A DNA stretch of 64,000 nt. It comes from Christensenella sp. UBA7703. Lineage in GTDB: Bacteria; Bacillota; Clostridia; Christensenellales; CAG-138. The notes beneath the pieces were generated by a model. The model saw only the letters and a list, made by a program, of their open reading frames with translations. It was not told the origin of the DNA and did no database searches. Location of the stretch: the NCBI GenBank assembly GCA_002482505.1, contig DLGD01000028.1:3682-67681 (forward strand). Direction: 5' to 3'. Shown here piece by piece: positions 27,798 to 38,920 of this stretch; position 1 is the stretch's first letter; each line of letters begins with the position of its first letter. A program made the translations under genes and the position numbers.

Positions 27798-29714
27798 ATG
27801 AGCAGATTTTCGGACGAAACAGCACTCTACTATTTCAACCGTGGTGTTTCCACGGCGGCCTATCTGGAACTTGGTTGCCACGAAGGCGTTGGCGAATATG
27901 GAGAGCGGGTGTTCCGCTTTTCCGTTTGGGCGCCAAACGCGGAGTCTGTCAGCGTGGTTGGCACGTTTAACTTCTGGAACGCAAAGGCGGACCCGATGGA
28001 GCGTGTTGGCACAACCGGCGTTTGGGAGGTTGCCATCGGTGTTGCGCAGCCCGGCGATCTTTATAAGTATGCCATCGGAACCTACACCGGCGAGGTGATT
28101 TTAAAGGCGGACCCGTTTGCCTTCCGCGCAGAAGCGCACGGAACCGCATCGATCGTTGGCGACATGCCGTATTACGAATGGACGGACGAGCGGTATCTCG
28201 AATGCCGCGAAGACGCGCGGGATAGTTACGCCCAGCCGATGAACATCTATGAGGTACACCTCGGCAGCTGGAAACAGGGGCTTGGTTATCGCGAGCTGGC
28301 GGATGAACTGATCGACTACGTGGCGGACATGGGATACACCCATATCGAGATCATGCCGTTGATGGAATATCCATACGACCCGAGTTGGGGCTATCAGGTG
28401 ACGGGCTACTATGCAGCGACGGCGCGCTATGGCGAGCCGGAAGAGCTGATGTATCTCGTCGACCGGGCACATGAGGAGGGCATCGGCGTCATCATGGATT
28501 GGGTGCCCGCGCATTTCACCAGAGATGCGCACGGGCTCAGGCTCTTTGACGGTACGCCGCTGTTTGAACATCCCGATCCCCGCCGCGGAGAGATGCCGCA
28601 ATGGGGCACGCTGCTGTTCAACTTTGAGCAGACACAAGTGCAGTCGTTTTTGATCTCCAGCGCCATGTATTGGCTCAGGGAGTTCCATTTTGACGGCCTT
28701 CGTGTGGACGCGGTGAGCGCAATGCTCTATCTCGACTTTGGCAAGCAACCCGGTGAATGGCTGCCCAATCGTTATGGCGGGCACGATAATCTCGACGCGG
28801 TTGCGTTCTTTCGTAAGCTCAATTCTGCCGTGAGCAATCTCGACGGCGGCAAGATGCTTTTTGCAGAGGAAAGTTCGGCCTATCCGTATGTCACGCGCCC
28901 AGTCGCGGAGGACGGCCTCGGCTTTGCCTACAAATGGAACATGGGTTGGATGAACGACATACTCACCTACATGGGTATGGATAGCATCTATCGAAAATAT
29001 CACCACGACAAACTGACATTTTCACTTTGTTATGCATTCTCGGAGCACTATGTGCTGCCGTTTTCGCATGATGAGGTGGTGCATGGCAAAAAGAGCATGA
29101 TCAGTAAGATGCCGGGCGATTATTGGCAGCAGTTTGCGCAGCTTCGCTTGCTGTACGCTTATCAGTATGCACATCCCGGGAAAAAACTGATGTTCATGGG
29201 TTGCGAGTTCGGGCAGTATATCGAGTGGAAAGAGGACGACTCACTCGATTGGTTTCTGCTCGACTATCCCAAGCATGCTGAGATGCAGCTGTATGTACAC
29301 GATTTGAACCACTTTTACCTCGATAACCCGCCGATGTTTGAAAATGACGATAGCTGGGCGGGATTTCGATGGTGCGGCGTGGATGATAACATTCACTCGA
29401 TTCTCTCGTTCATGCGCACGGATCGTGACGGAAATAACTTATTCTGGGCGTTTAACTTCACCCCACAGCCGTGGATGGACTATATGATCGGTGTACCGCG
29501 CTATGGGCTCTATACCGAGATGTTCTCCACCGATGCGCCATATTACGGCGGCACGGGAGATTATCCCAATGCACCCACGATGTCCGTCTATGAACCCTAT
29601 GGCGAACATCCTTGCCGGATTCGATTGAGGCTCCCGCCGTTTGGCGCGGTTTGCTATCGCATAACACCCAAACCCCTACCAAAGGTTGCGGTGAAAGAGG
29701 AGGACGACGCATGA
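27798..29714 (+). CDS. glgB: 1,4-alpha-glucan branching enzyme
   Basis: GH13 blocks [37 protein letters not shown]. Confidence 0.9.
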   Translation: MSRFSDETALYYFNRGVSTAAYLELGCHEGVGEYGERVFRFSVWAPNAESVSVVGTFNFWNAKADPMERVGTTGVWEVAIGVAQPGDLYKYAIGTYTGEVILKADPFAFRAEAHGTASIVGDMPYYEWTDERYLECREDARDSYAQPMNIYEVHLGSWKQGLGYRELADELIDYVADMGYTHIEIMPLMEYPYDPSWGYQVTGYYAATARYGEPEELMYLVDRAHEEGIGVIMDWVPAHFTRDAHGLRLFDGTPLFEHPDPRRGEMPQWGTLLFNFEQTQVQSFLISSAMYWLREFHFDGLRVDAVSAMLYLDFGKQPGEWLPNRYGGHDNLDAVAFFRKLNSAVSNLDGGKMLFAEESSAYPYVTRPVAEDGLGFAYKWNMGWMNDILTYMGMDSIYRKYHHDKLTFSLCYAFSEHYVLPFSHDEVVHGKKSMISKMPGDYWQQFAQLRLLYAYQYAHPGKKLMFMGCEFGQYIEWKEDDSLDWFLLDYPKHAEMQLYVHDLNHFYLDNPPMFENDDSWAGFRWCGVDDNIHSILSFMRTDRDGNNLFWAFNFTPQPWMDYMIGVPRYGLYTEMFSTDAPYYGGTGDYPNAPTMSVYEPYGEHPCRIRLRLPPFGAVCYRITPKPLPKVAVKEEDDA

Positions 29715-30940
29715 AAAAACGGATTGTGGCAATGCTTCTCGCGGGGGGGCAGGGAAGCCGCCTTGGCGTGCTGACATCCAGCATGGCAAAGCCTGCGGTT
29801 CCTTTCGGCGGCAAATACCGTATCATCGATTTCCCGCTGAGCAACTGCGTCAACTCGGATATCGACACCGTCGGTGTGCTGACACAATATCGCCCGCTTG
29901 CCTTAAATAGCTACATCGGTACCGGCCAACACTGGGATCTTGACCGTATGAATGGCGGCGTCTTCGTGCTGCCGCCCTATGTGACGGGCGTGGATGGCAG
30001 ATGGTACACCGGCACCGCGAACGCGATCTATCAAAACCGTGAGTTTGTGGATCAATATGATCCCGACTATGTATTAATCCTTTCCGGCGATCATATCTAT
30101 AAGATGGACTACGGCGCAATGCTGCGCTTTCATATCGAGAAAAATGCGGTGGCGACCATCGCGGTTCTGCCGGTTCCGATGGAGGAAGCGCACCGCTTCG
30201 GCATCATGAATACCGATGATGCGGACCGTGTCACATCGTTTGAAGAAAAACCCAAACAACCAAAGTCCAATAAGGCTTCGATGGGCATCTACATCTTCAA
30301 TTGGCGTGCACTGAAAGAATGCATGCGCGTCGACGACGAAAATCCGGATTCCACCAACGACTTTGGCAACGATATCATCCCCGCGATCATCAACGGCGGG
30401 CAGCCGGTGTTTGCGTACCCCTTCAAGGGATACTGGAAAGACGTCGGGACGATCCAGAGCCTTTGGGAAGCGAACATGGACATCATCGCGACCCCGCCAA
30501 AGCTCGTGCTCAACGATCCGCAATGGAGAATCTACAGCCGTAACCCCATCATGCCGCCGCATTATGTAGGCGAGCGCGCCTCGGTAACCCAGAGTCTCGT
30601 CACCGAAGGCTGCCGCGTGGAGGGGAAGGTGCATCACAGCGTGCTGTTCTCCAACGTTTTAATCGAGGCGGATGCGGAGGTATACGATTCTGTGATCTTC
30701 CCCGGTGCGGTGATCCGGCGCGGGGCAAAGGTCTATCAGGCGATTGTCGGCGAGAATTCTGTGATCGGGAAAAACTCGATCATCGGCGGCGAGTTGCGGC
30801 TGGGCGACCAGGTGGATAATTCGCTGACCGGCACGATTACGCTGGTCGGCAACGATATCAGCATTCAACCGGAGGCGTATCTGCCGCAGGGCACGGTCGC
30901 CACGGAAGACGCATGCGGAGGAAGATGCTATGACAAGTAA
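29711..30940 (+). CDS. glgC: Glucose-1-phosphate adenylyltransferase
   Basis: [13 protein letters not shown] nucleotide-binding loop. Start overlaps the glgB stop. Confidence 0.9.
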   Translation: MKKRIVAMLLAGGQGSRLGVLTSSMAKPAVPFGGKYRIIDFPLSNCVNSDIDTVGVLTQYRPLALNSYIGTGQHWDLDRMNGGVFVLPPYVTGVDGRWYTGTANAIYQNREFVDQYDPDYVLILSGDHIYKMDYGAMLRFHIEKNAVATIAVLPVPMEEAHRFGIMNTDDADRVTSFEEKPKQPKSNKASMGIYIFNWRALKECMRVDDENPDSTNDFGNDIIPAIINGGQPVFAYPFKGYWKDVGTIQSLWEANMDIIATPPKLVLNDPQWRIYSRNPIMPPHYVGERASVTQSLVTEGCRVEGKVHHSVLFSNVLIEADAEVYDSVIFPGAVIRRGAKVYQAIVGENSVIGKNSIIGGELRLGDQVDNSLTGTITLVGNDISIQPEAYLPQGTVATEDACGGRCYDK

Positions 30941-32054
30941 CGCGTTCGGTCTCATCTACACAGGAGAAACCAACCCGTTTTTGCGCGATCTTGCGCTTTC
31001 GCGCTCGGTCGCTGCGGTGCCGTTTGGCGGCAGATACCGCTGCATCGATTTTATTTTATCCGATCTGGTGAACACGGGTGTGACCAGCGTCGGCCTCATC
31101 ACACAGAAAAACTATCATTCGCTGATGGATCACCTCGGCGCGGGCAAGGAATGGGACCTTCACAGAAAGCGCGAGGGCCTCTTTATGTTGCCGCCGTTTA
31201 TGACCAAGGAGAACACGGGGCTCTATCGCGGCAGCGTGGATGCCATCCGCTCCTGCCTCGGTTATGTGCGCAGAAACCCGCAGCAATATGTGATCTTTTC
31301 CGGTAGCCATACGATCTTCAACATGACGTTTAACGACATGATCGCGCGGCATATTGAGACGCGCGCGAACATCACCATGCTCTATAACGAATGTGAGATT
31401 GCACCGAGCGAAGAGCAAAATCTTGATCTGCGTCTGCTGATGGACGAAAACGAGCGCGTGACGGAGATGGAGCTCAACCCGTTTTCGCCGCGTTCCGCCT
31501 ACCGCAGCTGCGACGTGATGATCATGGACAAGCTATTGCTTGAGTATCTCGTGGAGGAAGCGTATTCCCACGGGGACTATGACCTCACGCGCGATATCCT
31601 GCTCAAAAAGTGCCAGACGCTCAAGATCATGGGCTATCGCTACGACGGTTATGTTGCGCGGCTGGACTCGGTCAACGACTTCTTCCGCCATAACCTTGCG
31701 CTCCTGCAGCCCGAGGTGCGAAACGATCTCTTCAACCCCATGCATCCGATCTATACAAAGGTCAAGGACGAGGTCAGCGCAAAGTATGGCGAAAATGCCG
31801 TGGTGAGAAACGCGATGCTGGCGGACGGCTGCCAGATTGACGGCACGGTGGAAAACAGCATCGTGTTCCGCGGCGTCAGCGTGAAAAAAGGCGCGGTGGT
31901 GAAAAACAGTATTCTCATGCAGGGCGTCAGCATTGGCGAAAACTGCATCATGGATCATGTCATTCTGGATAAAGGCGTTGTGGTTCGCGAAGGGCGCACG
32001 CTCAACGGCTACGACGGATTCCCGATCATACTCAAAAAAGGCACCACGATATAA
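30930..32054 (+). CDS. glgD: Glucose-1-phosphate adenylyltransferase subunit GlgD
   Basis: GlgC paralogue lacking the GGxGxRL loop ([15 protein letters not shown]). Overlaps the glgC end. This is the Firmicutes-type arrangement. Confidence 0.85.
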   Translation: MTSNAFGLIYTGETNPFLRDLALSRSVAAVPFGGRYRCIDFILSDLVNTGVTSVGLITQKNYHSLMDHLGAGKEWDLHRKREGLFMLPPFMTKENTGLYRGSVDAIRSCLGYVRRNPQQYVIFSGSHTIFNMTFNDMIARHIETRANITMLYNECEIAPSEEQNLDLRLLMDENERVTEMELNPFSPRSAYRSCDVMIMDKLLLEYLVEEAYSHGDYDLTRDILLKKCQTLKIMGYRYDGYVARLDSVNDFFRHNLALLQPEVRNDLFNPMHPIYTKVKDEVSAKYGENAVVRNAMLADGCQIDGTVENSIVFRGVSVKKGAVVKNSILMQGVSIGENCIMDHVILDKGVVVREGRTLNGYDGFPIILKKGTTI

Positions 32055-32186
32055 TTCAGGTTCGCCCTGCGCGGGGATTTCCGCGTGTCAAACACAAACA
32101 CGGCGGGCGCGGCTCGCTTGGTTTTGCGCATGCATAATGCGGCGACAACCGCTTCAAAAAACGCTTTTAACGGGAGGGGTTACCAC

Positions 32187-33680
32187 ATGAAAGTGCTGTT
32201 CTGCGCAAGTGAGTGCGTACCGTTTGTCAAAACCGGCGGACTTGCGGATGTTGCGGGCGCGCTGCCCATCGCGCTTGCCAAAGAGGGGCACGACGTACGC
32301 GTCATCTTGCCGAACTATCGCATGATCGACCATTATTGGAAAGAGCGGATGGAGCAGGTTTGCGCGTTTAACGTGCTCTTTGGCTGGGAGAAGCTCTATT
32401 GCGGTATCAAGCGTGTGCTCGACAACGGCGTGACCTACTATTTTGTGGACAATGAGGCGCACTTTGGCGTCACCGAAATCTATGGAGACGGCATTTCGGA
32501 AGGGCTCCGCTTTGCCTTTTTCTGCCGTGCGGTGCTGGAAGCGCTGCCGCAGATCGGTTTTATGCCGGATGTGCTGCATCTCAACGACTGGCAAACGGGG
32601 CTGATCGCGGCGCTGCTCAAGACGCAATACAACGCAAAGGCGGACTATGCGCGCATCAGAACCGTGTTTTCGATTCACAATCTCAAATATCAGGGCATCT
32701 TCTCCTGGCGTGAAATCGCGGGCAGGCTAGGGTTGGAAGAACGCTACTTTACCTATGAGTATCTGGAATTTTTCGGCTGCATCAGCTGCATGAAGGGCGG
32801 GCTTGTGTTTGCAGACCGGCTCTGTACGGTTAGCCCGACGTATGCGGAGGAGATCAAAACCCCGTTTTTTGGCGAAAACCTCGATGGGCTGCTGCGTGCG
32901 CGGGAAAATACGCTCAGCGGAATACTCAACGGCCTTGATTATACGATTTTTAACCCCGCAAACGATCGTTTCTTAAAACATCATTTTGACGCGGATACGC
33001 TGGAAGAAAAGCTTGCCTGCAAACGGGATCTGCAGCGCGAATGCGGGTTGGAAGAGCGGGACGTACCGCTTATCGGCATGATCGCGCGGCTGTCCCAGCA
33101 AAAAGGGCTGGATCTGGTCGAGCGCGTGCTGGGCGATATCATGCGCAGTGATGTGCAGATCGTCTTCCTCGGCAAGGGTGACCGCCGATTTATAGACCTG
33201 CTCAACTGGGCAAACTGGCGCTATCCAAAGCGCGTCCACGCGAGAATTGAGCTGGACGAAGGACTGGCGCACCGCGTCTACGCGGGCTCCGATCTATTCC
33301 TGATGCCGTCTCAGTTTGAGCCGTGCGGGTTGAGCCAGATGATCGCGCTGCGCTATGGCAGCGTACCGATTGTGCGCGAAACAGGCGGATTGCGGGACAC
33401 GATCAAGCCGTATAACATGTACACCGACGAGGGCAACGGGTTTTCGTTTGCCAACTATAACGCGCACGAGATGCTCTTTACCATTGAACGCGCGGTGCAG
33501 TATTGGAATGAGGACAAGGAGCTGTGGCGGAGGCTGGTGCTTCGTGGCATGGCGGAGCGCTTTGATTGGGTCAAGCCCGCAAAGGCATATCTTACGCTGT
33601 ATGAAAAGATGCTGCCTCCGGCGGTTAGCGATGTAAAGCAAGACAAAACGGCGGATACGGCGGCAGCAAAGACGGAGTAA
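32187..33680 (+). CDS. glgA: Glycogen synthase (ADP-glucose type)
   Basis: MKVLFCASECVPFVKTGGLADV N-terminal signature. 497 aa. Confidence 0.9.
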   Translation: MKVLFCASECVPFVKTGGLADVAGALPIALAKEGHDVRVILPNYRMIDHYWKERMEQVCAFNVLFGWEKLYCGIKRVLDNGVTYYFVDNEAHFGVTEIYGDGISEGLRFAFFCRAVLEALPQIGFMPDVLHLNDWQTGLIAALLKTQYNAKADYARIRTVFSIHNLKYQGIFSWREIAGRLGLEERYFTYEYLEFFGCISCMKGGLVFADRLCTVSPTYAEEIKTPFFGENLDGLLRARENTLSGILNGLDYTIFNPANDRFLKHHFDADTLEEKLACKRDLQRECGLEERDVPLIGMIARLSQQKGLDLVERVLGDIMRSDVQIVFLGKGDRRFIDLLNWANWRYPKRVHARIELDEGLAHRVYAGSDLFLMPSQFEPCGLSQMIALRYGSVPIVRETGGLRDTIKPYNMYTDEGNGFSFANYNAHEMLFTIERAVQYWNEDKELWRRLVLRGMAERFDWVKPAKAYLTLYEKMLPPAVSDVKQDKTADTAAAKTE

Positions 33681-33708
33681 GACGCAGTACAATCAAACCA
33701 AAGCAAAC

Positions 33709-33740
33709 AAAGAGGCACTCGCGCGAGTGCCTCTTTTGAT
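33709..33740. terminator. Bidirectional intrinsic terminator
   Basis: aaagaggcactcgc-g-gcgagtgcctcttt with flanking A and T runs, between convergent genes. Confidence 0.8.
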
Positions 33741-33755
33741 TGCATCAACAGTTTT

Positions 33756-34585
33756 TTAGATGAATTCTTTGGAACTGCTTTCGCCTTCGCCGAGCGTGGG
33801 TGTTGCAGGGGTAACGGGGTTGGCTGGCGGTACCGGCGTGCCGGACGCGGAATACGGCGAGACGGACAGCCTGCCCGTGAGGTCGAGATAAAACGCTGTG
33901 TAGGCGGCCTTTGTGTAAGGAGCCAGAAAGACGTTGCCGATTCCTCCGGTGAGCCCGGCAAGAAGGACCCAGCCGATGAAGCTGAGTTGCAGGCAGAAGG
34001 CCGCCATTTGTTACCGGACATCAGTTGCTTGGATTGCTCGATGGCATCCATTGCGGGGATATCCGGATTTTCCGCCATGATATAGGGCGCCATCGAGTAG
34101 CGGTAAGCCGCGACGATACCCGGAATGACGAACAGCAGCGCCCAGAGCAGCGTCTTGACAAACATCAGCAGGCGAAGAGACACCGCATTGCCAAAGTGCG
34201 AGAAGCGCGAAAACAGAGTTTCGATCTTCGGCGCGGCGGTGCTTTCATAGAGCGAGAGGTTGAAGCGGTTATGCCCCAGTTCAATCGCGCTGCCGACGAT
34301 GAACATCGCGATGGCATAAACGAGAACCAATCCTGCGACGGATGCCAGCACTCCCGCAAACGGATGCATGATTGCGCGAAGCCGCTCGACATCAATGCGC
34401 CCGTCTGTCAGGTTTTGTACAAGCCGTGAAAAATCGCTTGAATCGTAGTTGTAGTTGAAGCTGAATGAGTTTCTGCCGCTGTAGCCGCCCAAAATCGCGG
34501 CAATCAACCCGGCAAGCACTGCCCACCAATACCGTCCGCGCAGGATATTCCACGCGGCTTCGCGATACTCGTATGCACGTTTCAT
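33756..34585 (-). pseudogene. DUF975-family membrane protein, frameshifted (one base apparently missing near 33998-34007)
   Basis: The N-terminal 193 aa (MKRAYEYREAAWNILRGRYWW...QLMSGNKWR) are in one frame. The expected continuation FCLQLSFIGWVLLAGLTGGIGNVFLAPYTKAAYTAFYLDL is in the -1 frame (ORF 33756..34007). The in-frame continuation is Ser/Pro/Arg-rich nonsense. Confidence 0.7.
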
Positions 34586-34663
34586 AGTCCCATACCCCCC
34601 CAGTTTGGTTATATTTATGTGCGTCCACTGAATCAACAGTCTTCTACCGGAAAGAGGCAATCT

Positions 34664-35560
34664 TCAAGACTCAGAGATGTTAACCCAATATTTATCGATC
34701 ATGCAGATCGGACGATAGGCGAGCTTGGAATAGCGCAGGTTCTCCTCGCCGGAATCGTCTTCGCGGTTGATATAGAGCGTGTCCTTCTCAACCGCGTATT
34801 TGGCAAACCAGGAAACGATTGCCTGATAGGAGCCCGCGTAGTCTACGCGCGCCTTCTCCACGTGACAATGCAGTGTGTCTCCAACAACCTCGCCAACCGA
34901 GAGAGCGACGATGGTACCCGCAACGTCGATATAGCCTGCCTTTTGGCCCAGCACGAGCGAATCGGCAAGCAATTCCTTTGCGCGCTTCATCTCTTCTGCT
35001 TCAATCACCTTGTCCAGCGGCGCATGCTGTTCGTATTCATCCAAAAAAGCAAGCGCTGCGGGCAGGGTTTCTTCTGTTACCGGAACAAACACGGCGGAAG
35101 GGTTGTCCTTGCAAAAACGATTGAGGTGGTTGCGCTGGGTGTGATATTTCTTCCCCGGGAAATCCATCAGATCGCAGGCATTGTAGACATAATCCGCCCA
35201 ATCGCGATGGGTTGAGACCACCGCGCGGGAACCATAGCGTTCGCAAAGCTGAGCGAGCGCCTCCTTGGGTACGGCGCAAAAACGAAGCGGCATACCGCTC
35301 TCTTTCGCGTGGGCTTCGATTGCGTCCAGCGCGGCGTTGAGGTCCCCATTTCCGACCGGGTAGACAAAGCAGGTTCCTTCGCCGGGATAGGTCGCGAGCA
35401 TGACCAGCATGCCGGAGACGATTGTAAAAGCGGAACGGAAATACGCGCGCCACTGGAACACCGCGCCGAGCGTATAGTCGCAACTGCGAAACGGTTGAAC
35501 GTCCAAATACGGCTTGAGTGTAAGCGCGTTTTGAATCGTTATTTTTGAAAACTCTAACAT
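34664..35560 (-). CDS. Stand-alone DUF2156 protein (MprF C-terminal, lysyl/alanyl-PG synthase-like GNAT fold)
   Basis: 298 aa, no TM domain. Blocks DYVYNACDLMDFPGKKYHTQRNHLNRF and INREDDSGEENLRYSKLAYRP match the LPG_synthase_C pattern as I remember it. Confidence 0.6.
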   Translation of the reverse strand: MLEFSKITIQNALTLKPYLDVQPFRSCDYTLGAVFQWRAYFRSAFTIVSGMLVMLATYPGEGTCFVYPVGNGDLNAALDAIEAHAKESGMPLRFCAVPKEALAQLCERYGSRAVVSTHRDWADYVYNACDLMDFPGKKYHTQRNHLNRFCKDNPSAVFVPVTEETLPAALAFLDEYEQHAPLDKVIEAEEMKRAKELLADSLVLGQKAGYIDVAGTIVALSVGEVVGDTLHCHVEKARVDYAGSYQAIVSWFAKYAVEKDTLYINREDDSGEENLRYSKLAYRPICMIDKYWVNISES

Positions 35561-35936
35561 AAAACCCCTGTATCATATCGCGCAGCCGAAGCATACTTGC
35601 CTAGGCTTAGAGCAATTCAATTTACTTTACCTATGATAACACGACTTTCTACGGGTGGCAACGCCGCGCAAAGCCGCTTTGCGTGAAAGGATTGCAACAT
35701 TTTGGTTCGTTTTTGTCAATTGCACACGGAAATGTACAACGCGTGTTTTTATCGCAAATGCGGGGGATTTTGCGGATGCAACCGGCACACGACAAAAAAC
35801 GACAGAATACACAAAATTACCTAAAAAATATCTCAAAATGTGCGTTAGTTGTACAGGATAGCCCGCCACAATCTGGAGCCTGCTGTCGTATAATAAGCGT
35901 ACAAACGTTCGTATTATGCGAACACAGGAGGAATTT

Positions 35937-36374
35937 ATGAAAGCGATCTCGTTACCGCGGCTCCGCGCGGAGGCCAAACGTCAACTCATGAACTACCGTC
36001 GCAACAACTCCCGCATCTACCGCGGCAGCGCAATCCGCGCGGAAGGCGGAGCCATGCTCGCCTGGATTCACGCAATCGACTCCGCGCGCGCCTATCTTCG
36101 CTTGCAACATCCCGCAAAGGAGCGCTATATGACGCGACTTTTCGGGCTGGAGACTCCGCTGCCGCGCAGCCAACCCATGCGCGCGCGGATGATCCGCCTC
36201 GGCGGGGAACTGTCTGTTTCGGAATCGACGCTCTATAAATGGCGAGAGGATATTCTTGAGATTGTGTTATATGCCGCGATGGAGGCAGGAGTGGTCGGCC
36301 TTTTCGGCATCCGTGCAGAAGCAGAGCAGGAAGCGGCGCAGGTGTCAACACACTATGATGTCGCGCTCGATTGA
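35937..36374 (+). CDS. Small phage-type (RinA/ArpU or sigma-70 region-4-like) transcriptional regulator
   Basis: 145 aa. C-terminal HTH-like LSVSESTLYKWREDILEIVL. Perfect RBS AGGAGG 6 nt before ATG 35937. AT-rich upstream region. Confidence 0.4.
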   Translation: MKAISLPRLRAEAKRQLMNYRRNNSRIYRGSAIRAEGGAMLAWIHAIDSARAYLRLQHPAKERYMTRLFGLETPLPRSQPMRARMIRLGGELSVSESTLYKWREDILEIVLYAAMEAGVVGLFGIRAEAEQEAAQVSTHYDVALD

Positions 36375-36468
36375 CGCGTGCTTCCAAAGGGTGATAAAAT
36401 CAGGTCAATTGCCGCCGCTTGCAAAGAACCGCGCATACAACGGCGGCAGAGGATCAAAGAGGGATTGC

Positions 36469-37155
36469 ATGGCAAAAATCACCCGTTTACAGGTCGGCGC
36501 ACATACGGTTCAAGTGACCCGCAAACGCATTAAAAATCTCTACCTGCGCGTATTGCCGCAAGATGGCATCTGCGTGAACGCGCCGCTGCGCGCAACCGAC
36601 GCGGAGATTTCGCGCTTTGTACTCAGCCGGACGGACTGGATCACGCAGCAGGAGGCAAAACTGGCAACCGTAACCCCGCGCGGCTATCAGGACGGGGATG
36701 CGGTTCCGTATTTCGGCAAAACACTCACGCTCCGACTGCTCCCCCGCACCGGGCGCGCGCATATCACGCTGCACGGGGATGTGCTGGAGCTTGCGATTCG
36801 CCCGGATGCGGACGAACCAGCGCGCAAGAAAATGGTGGATGCGTGGTATCGCGTGGAGCTGTATGAGGCGGCGGGGGCGATGCTTCCCGCTATCGAGCGG
36901 ACGGTCGGCAAGCGCGCGGGTGAGCTGAAGATACGGGACATGAAGACGCGCTGGGGCACCTGCAACATCAAAACCGCGATGATCACGCTCAACCTGCGCC
37001 TCGCGGAGAAGCCTGCGGAGTGCCTGCGCTATGTGCTCACACACGAGCTGTGCCATCTGCACGAGGCAGGGCACGGGGAGCGATTCTGGAACCGGATGGA
37101 TGCCTACTATCCCGATTGGAAGCGGGTGCGAAAGTTATTAAAACAACATAGTTGA
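36469..37155 (+). CDS. M48/YgjP-like (DUF45) zinc metallohydrolase
   Basis: HEXXH motif in LTHELCHLHEAGHGERFW near the C-terminus. 228 aa. Confidence 0.75.
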   Translation: MAKITRLQVGAHTVQVTRKRIKNLYLRVLPQDGICVNAPLRATDAEISRFVLSRTDWITQQEAKLATVTPRGYQDGDAVPYFGKTLTLRLLPRTGRAHITLHGDVLELAIRPDADEPARKKMVDAWYRVELYEAAGAMLPAIERTVGKRAGELKIRDMKTRWGTCNIKTAMITLNLRLAEKPAECLRYVLTHELCHLHEAGHGERFWNRMDAYYPDWKRVRKLLKQHS

Positions 37156-37180
37156 TTGAGCAGATCAAAACGAAGAACGC

Positions 37181-37220
37181 AAAAAGTGCCGGGCCAAACG
37201 CTCCGGCACTCTGTTTTTGT
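37181..37220. terminator. Bidirectional intrinsic terminator
   Basis: aaaaagtgccgg...ccggcactctgttttt between convergent genes. Confidence 0.7.
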
Positions 37221-37235
37221 TGGATCTTATGAAAA

Positions 37236-37802
37236 TCAGGACAGATGGTTCTTCTTGAGCACGGGGATCATACGCTTGGCAATCAGCGCGGCGACGAGGC
37301 TCTTTGCCAAATCACCGGGCACGAACACAAGGAAGCAATACAGTACCGCCGTCCAGACGGAGACTTGCTTGTCCAAATAGTAGTTGCTCAGGAAGTAGAA
37401 ATATGTTGTGCCGAGAACATAGACCGCGAGAAGCCCAACCAGCGCCGCAATCAGCAACCGCCAGAAGGAGGGGTTCTCCACCTTGCGCACGATTGCGCCC
37501 GTGACAAACGCGCCGACGACAAAACCGATCAGATACCCGAACGAAGGCTTAAGTACGTAGCCGATTCCGCCGCCTTGGGTGAAGACGGGGATGCCGATGA
37601 GCCCAACCGCAAGGTAGACCAGCGCGCTGGCAGCGCCGAGTTTCTTGCCCAGCAGCATGCCCGCGAGGATGACAAAGAACGTCTGCATCGTAAACGGCAC
37701 GAGCGGGACAGGCACGCGGATAAACGCGCCGACGGCGATCAGCGCCGCAAACAGCGCTACGAGTATCATTTTGTAGGTACGGGATTTGGCAACAGGGTTC
37801 AT
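37236..37802 (-). CDS. bioY: Biotin transporter BioY (ECF S-component)
   Basis: FIRVPVPLVPFTMQTFFVILAGMLLG and PVFTQGGGIGY motifs. Start ATG 37802 preceded by GGAGA. Confidence 0.85.
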   Translation of the reverse strand: MNPVAKSRTYKMILVALFAALIAVGAFIRVPVPLVPFTMQTFFVILAGMLLGKKLGAASALVYLAVGLIGIPVFTQGGGIGYVLKPSFGYLIGFVVGAFVTGAIVRKVENPSFWRLLIAALVGLLAVYVLGTTYFYFLSNYYLDKQVSVWTAVLYCFLVFVPGDLAKSLVAALIAKRMIPVLKKNHLS

Positions 37803-37865
37803 CTTGGACAAGTCTCCTAACATCGATTCTTTCTTACAATTTTGGCTATCGCGCGGCGGCAAAAA

Positions 37866-38840
37866 CTAGATTATTTTTACGCTGATTTCGCCGGAAGAGA
37901 GCGCCTCGCGGTGCCCGTTCGCAAACTCCACGATCAGGCGGCAGTGGTCGTCCACATCGATTGCGCGGGCGGGGGTGGATCGATCGGCGGCGAGCACATT
38001 CACCATGCGCCCGAGCACAAAGCAGCGCTTGCGGTATTCCGCATTGGTTGCGGCATCGCCAAGCTTGCGATAGAGCGGCAGAAACCGGTTGAGGTATTCC
38101 GCGATCATGCGGTTTTTCGCGTCCGGCGCGGGGCTTGTCAGCACGCTGCCTGCGATCTCGCGAATCTCCGGCGGGAATCCGCCTTCCGGCGCGAACACAT
38201 TGATACCCGTGCCGAGGATTGCGTATTCAAACTGTCCGCTCTCCATGTCAAACGAGCCTTCCGTGAGGATGCCGCAGATTTTCTTTCCGCGCATGAACAC
38301 GTCGTTGACCCACTTGATCGAGGCTGGTTCGCCGGAGAGCGCCTCCACAGCGCCGCAGACGGCGACCGCCGCCGTGGTGGTGATGAGGGTTGCGTCGTCC
38401 GGCGCAATCTTTGGCTTGAGCAGGAGGGAAACGTAGACACCCGTGCCCTGCGGGGAAAAGAAGCTGCGCCCTTTGCGCCCGCGCCCGCCGGTCTGTTCGG
38501 CGGCGATGACGACGGTGCCTTCCGGCGCGCCTTCGTTTGCAAGCTTGCGCAGGACGTGGTTGGTGGAATCCACCGCGTCGAACACGCGCAGATCGAGCGA
38601 TTTCGATTCTCCGGCGAGATATTGCCGGATGCCGCTTTCGGAGAGGACATCGCTACTGGCAGCGAGGCAATAGCCGCGGTTTGGCACAGCCTGAATCGGG
38701 TAGCCGTCCGCTTGGAGGGCTTTGATCGCCTTCCAGACCGCGTTTCGGCTCACACCGAGGCGGCGGGCGATTTCCTCACCGGAGAGGAAGACGCTCTTGT
38801 TGGATTCGAGGAGCGTGCGAAGGTGGTCTTGTACGGTCAT
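37866..38840 (-). CDS. birA: Bifunctional biotin-[acetyl-CoA-carboxylase] ligase / biotin operon repressor
   Basis: N-terminal HTH (LSGEEIARRLGVSRNAVWKAIKALQ) plus the ligase motif GRGRKGRSFFSP. Confidence 0.9.
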   Translation of the reverse strand: MTVQDHLRTLLESNKSVFLSGEEIARRLGVSRNAVWKAIKALQADGYPIQAVPNRGYCLAASSDVLSESGIRQYLAGESKSLDLRVFDAVDSTNHVLRKLANEGAPEGTVVIAAEQTGGRGRKGRSFFSPQGTGVYVSLLLKPKIAPDDATLITTTAAVAVCGAVEALSGEPASIKWVNDVFMRGKKICGILTEGSFDMESGQFEYAILGTGINVFAPEGGFPPEIREIAGSVLTSPAPDAKNRMIAEYLNRFLPLYRKLGDAATNAEYRKRCFVLGRMVNVLAADRSTPARAIDVDDHCRLIVEFANGHREALSSGEISVKII

Positions 38841-38860
38841 GGAGAATCTCCTTAAGGGGT

Positions 38861-38914
38861 AGTATAAGGGAGGGGAAAATGATTGTCAACCTATATAAAA
38901 AGCAAAGGTGACAA
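38861..38914 (-). promoter_or_regulatory. birA-bioY promoter with BirA operator
   Basis: Minus strand TTGACA (38884-38889), 17 nt, TATACT (38861-38866). Imperfect inverted repeat TTGTCAAC (38883-38890) ... GGTGACAA (38907-38914) resembles the Firmicute bioO TGTnAAC-N-GTTnACA. Confidence 0.55.
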
Positions 38915-38920
38915 AATGAA

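Noticed and set aside
33455-34660. 401-aa ORF as an intact gene.
   Set aside because: The sequence downstream of ...MSGNKWR becomes Ser/Pro/Arg-rich nonsense, while the -1 frame carries the expected DUF975 C-terminus. It also runs antisense into the glgA 3' end. It is treated as a frameshifted gene ending at 33756.
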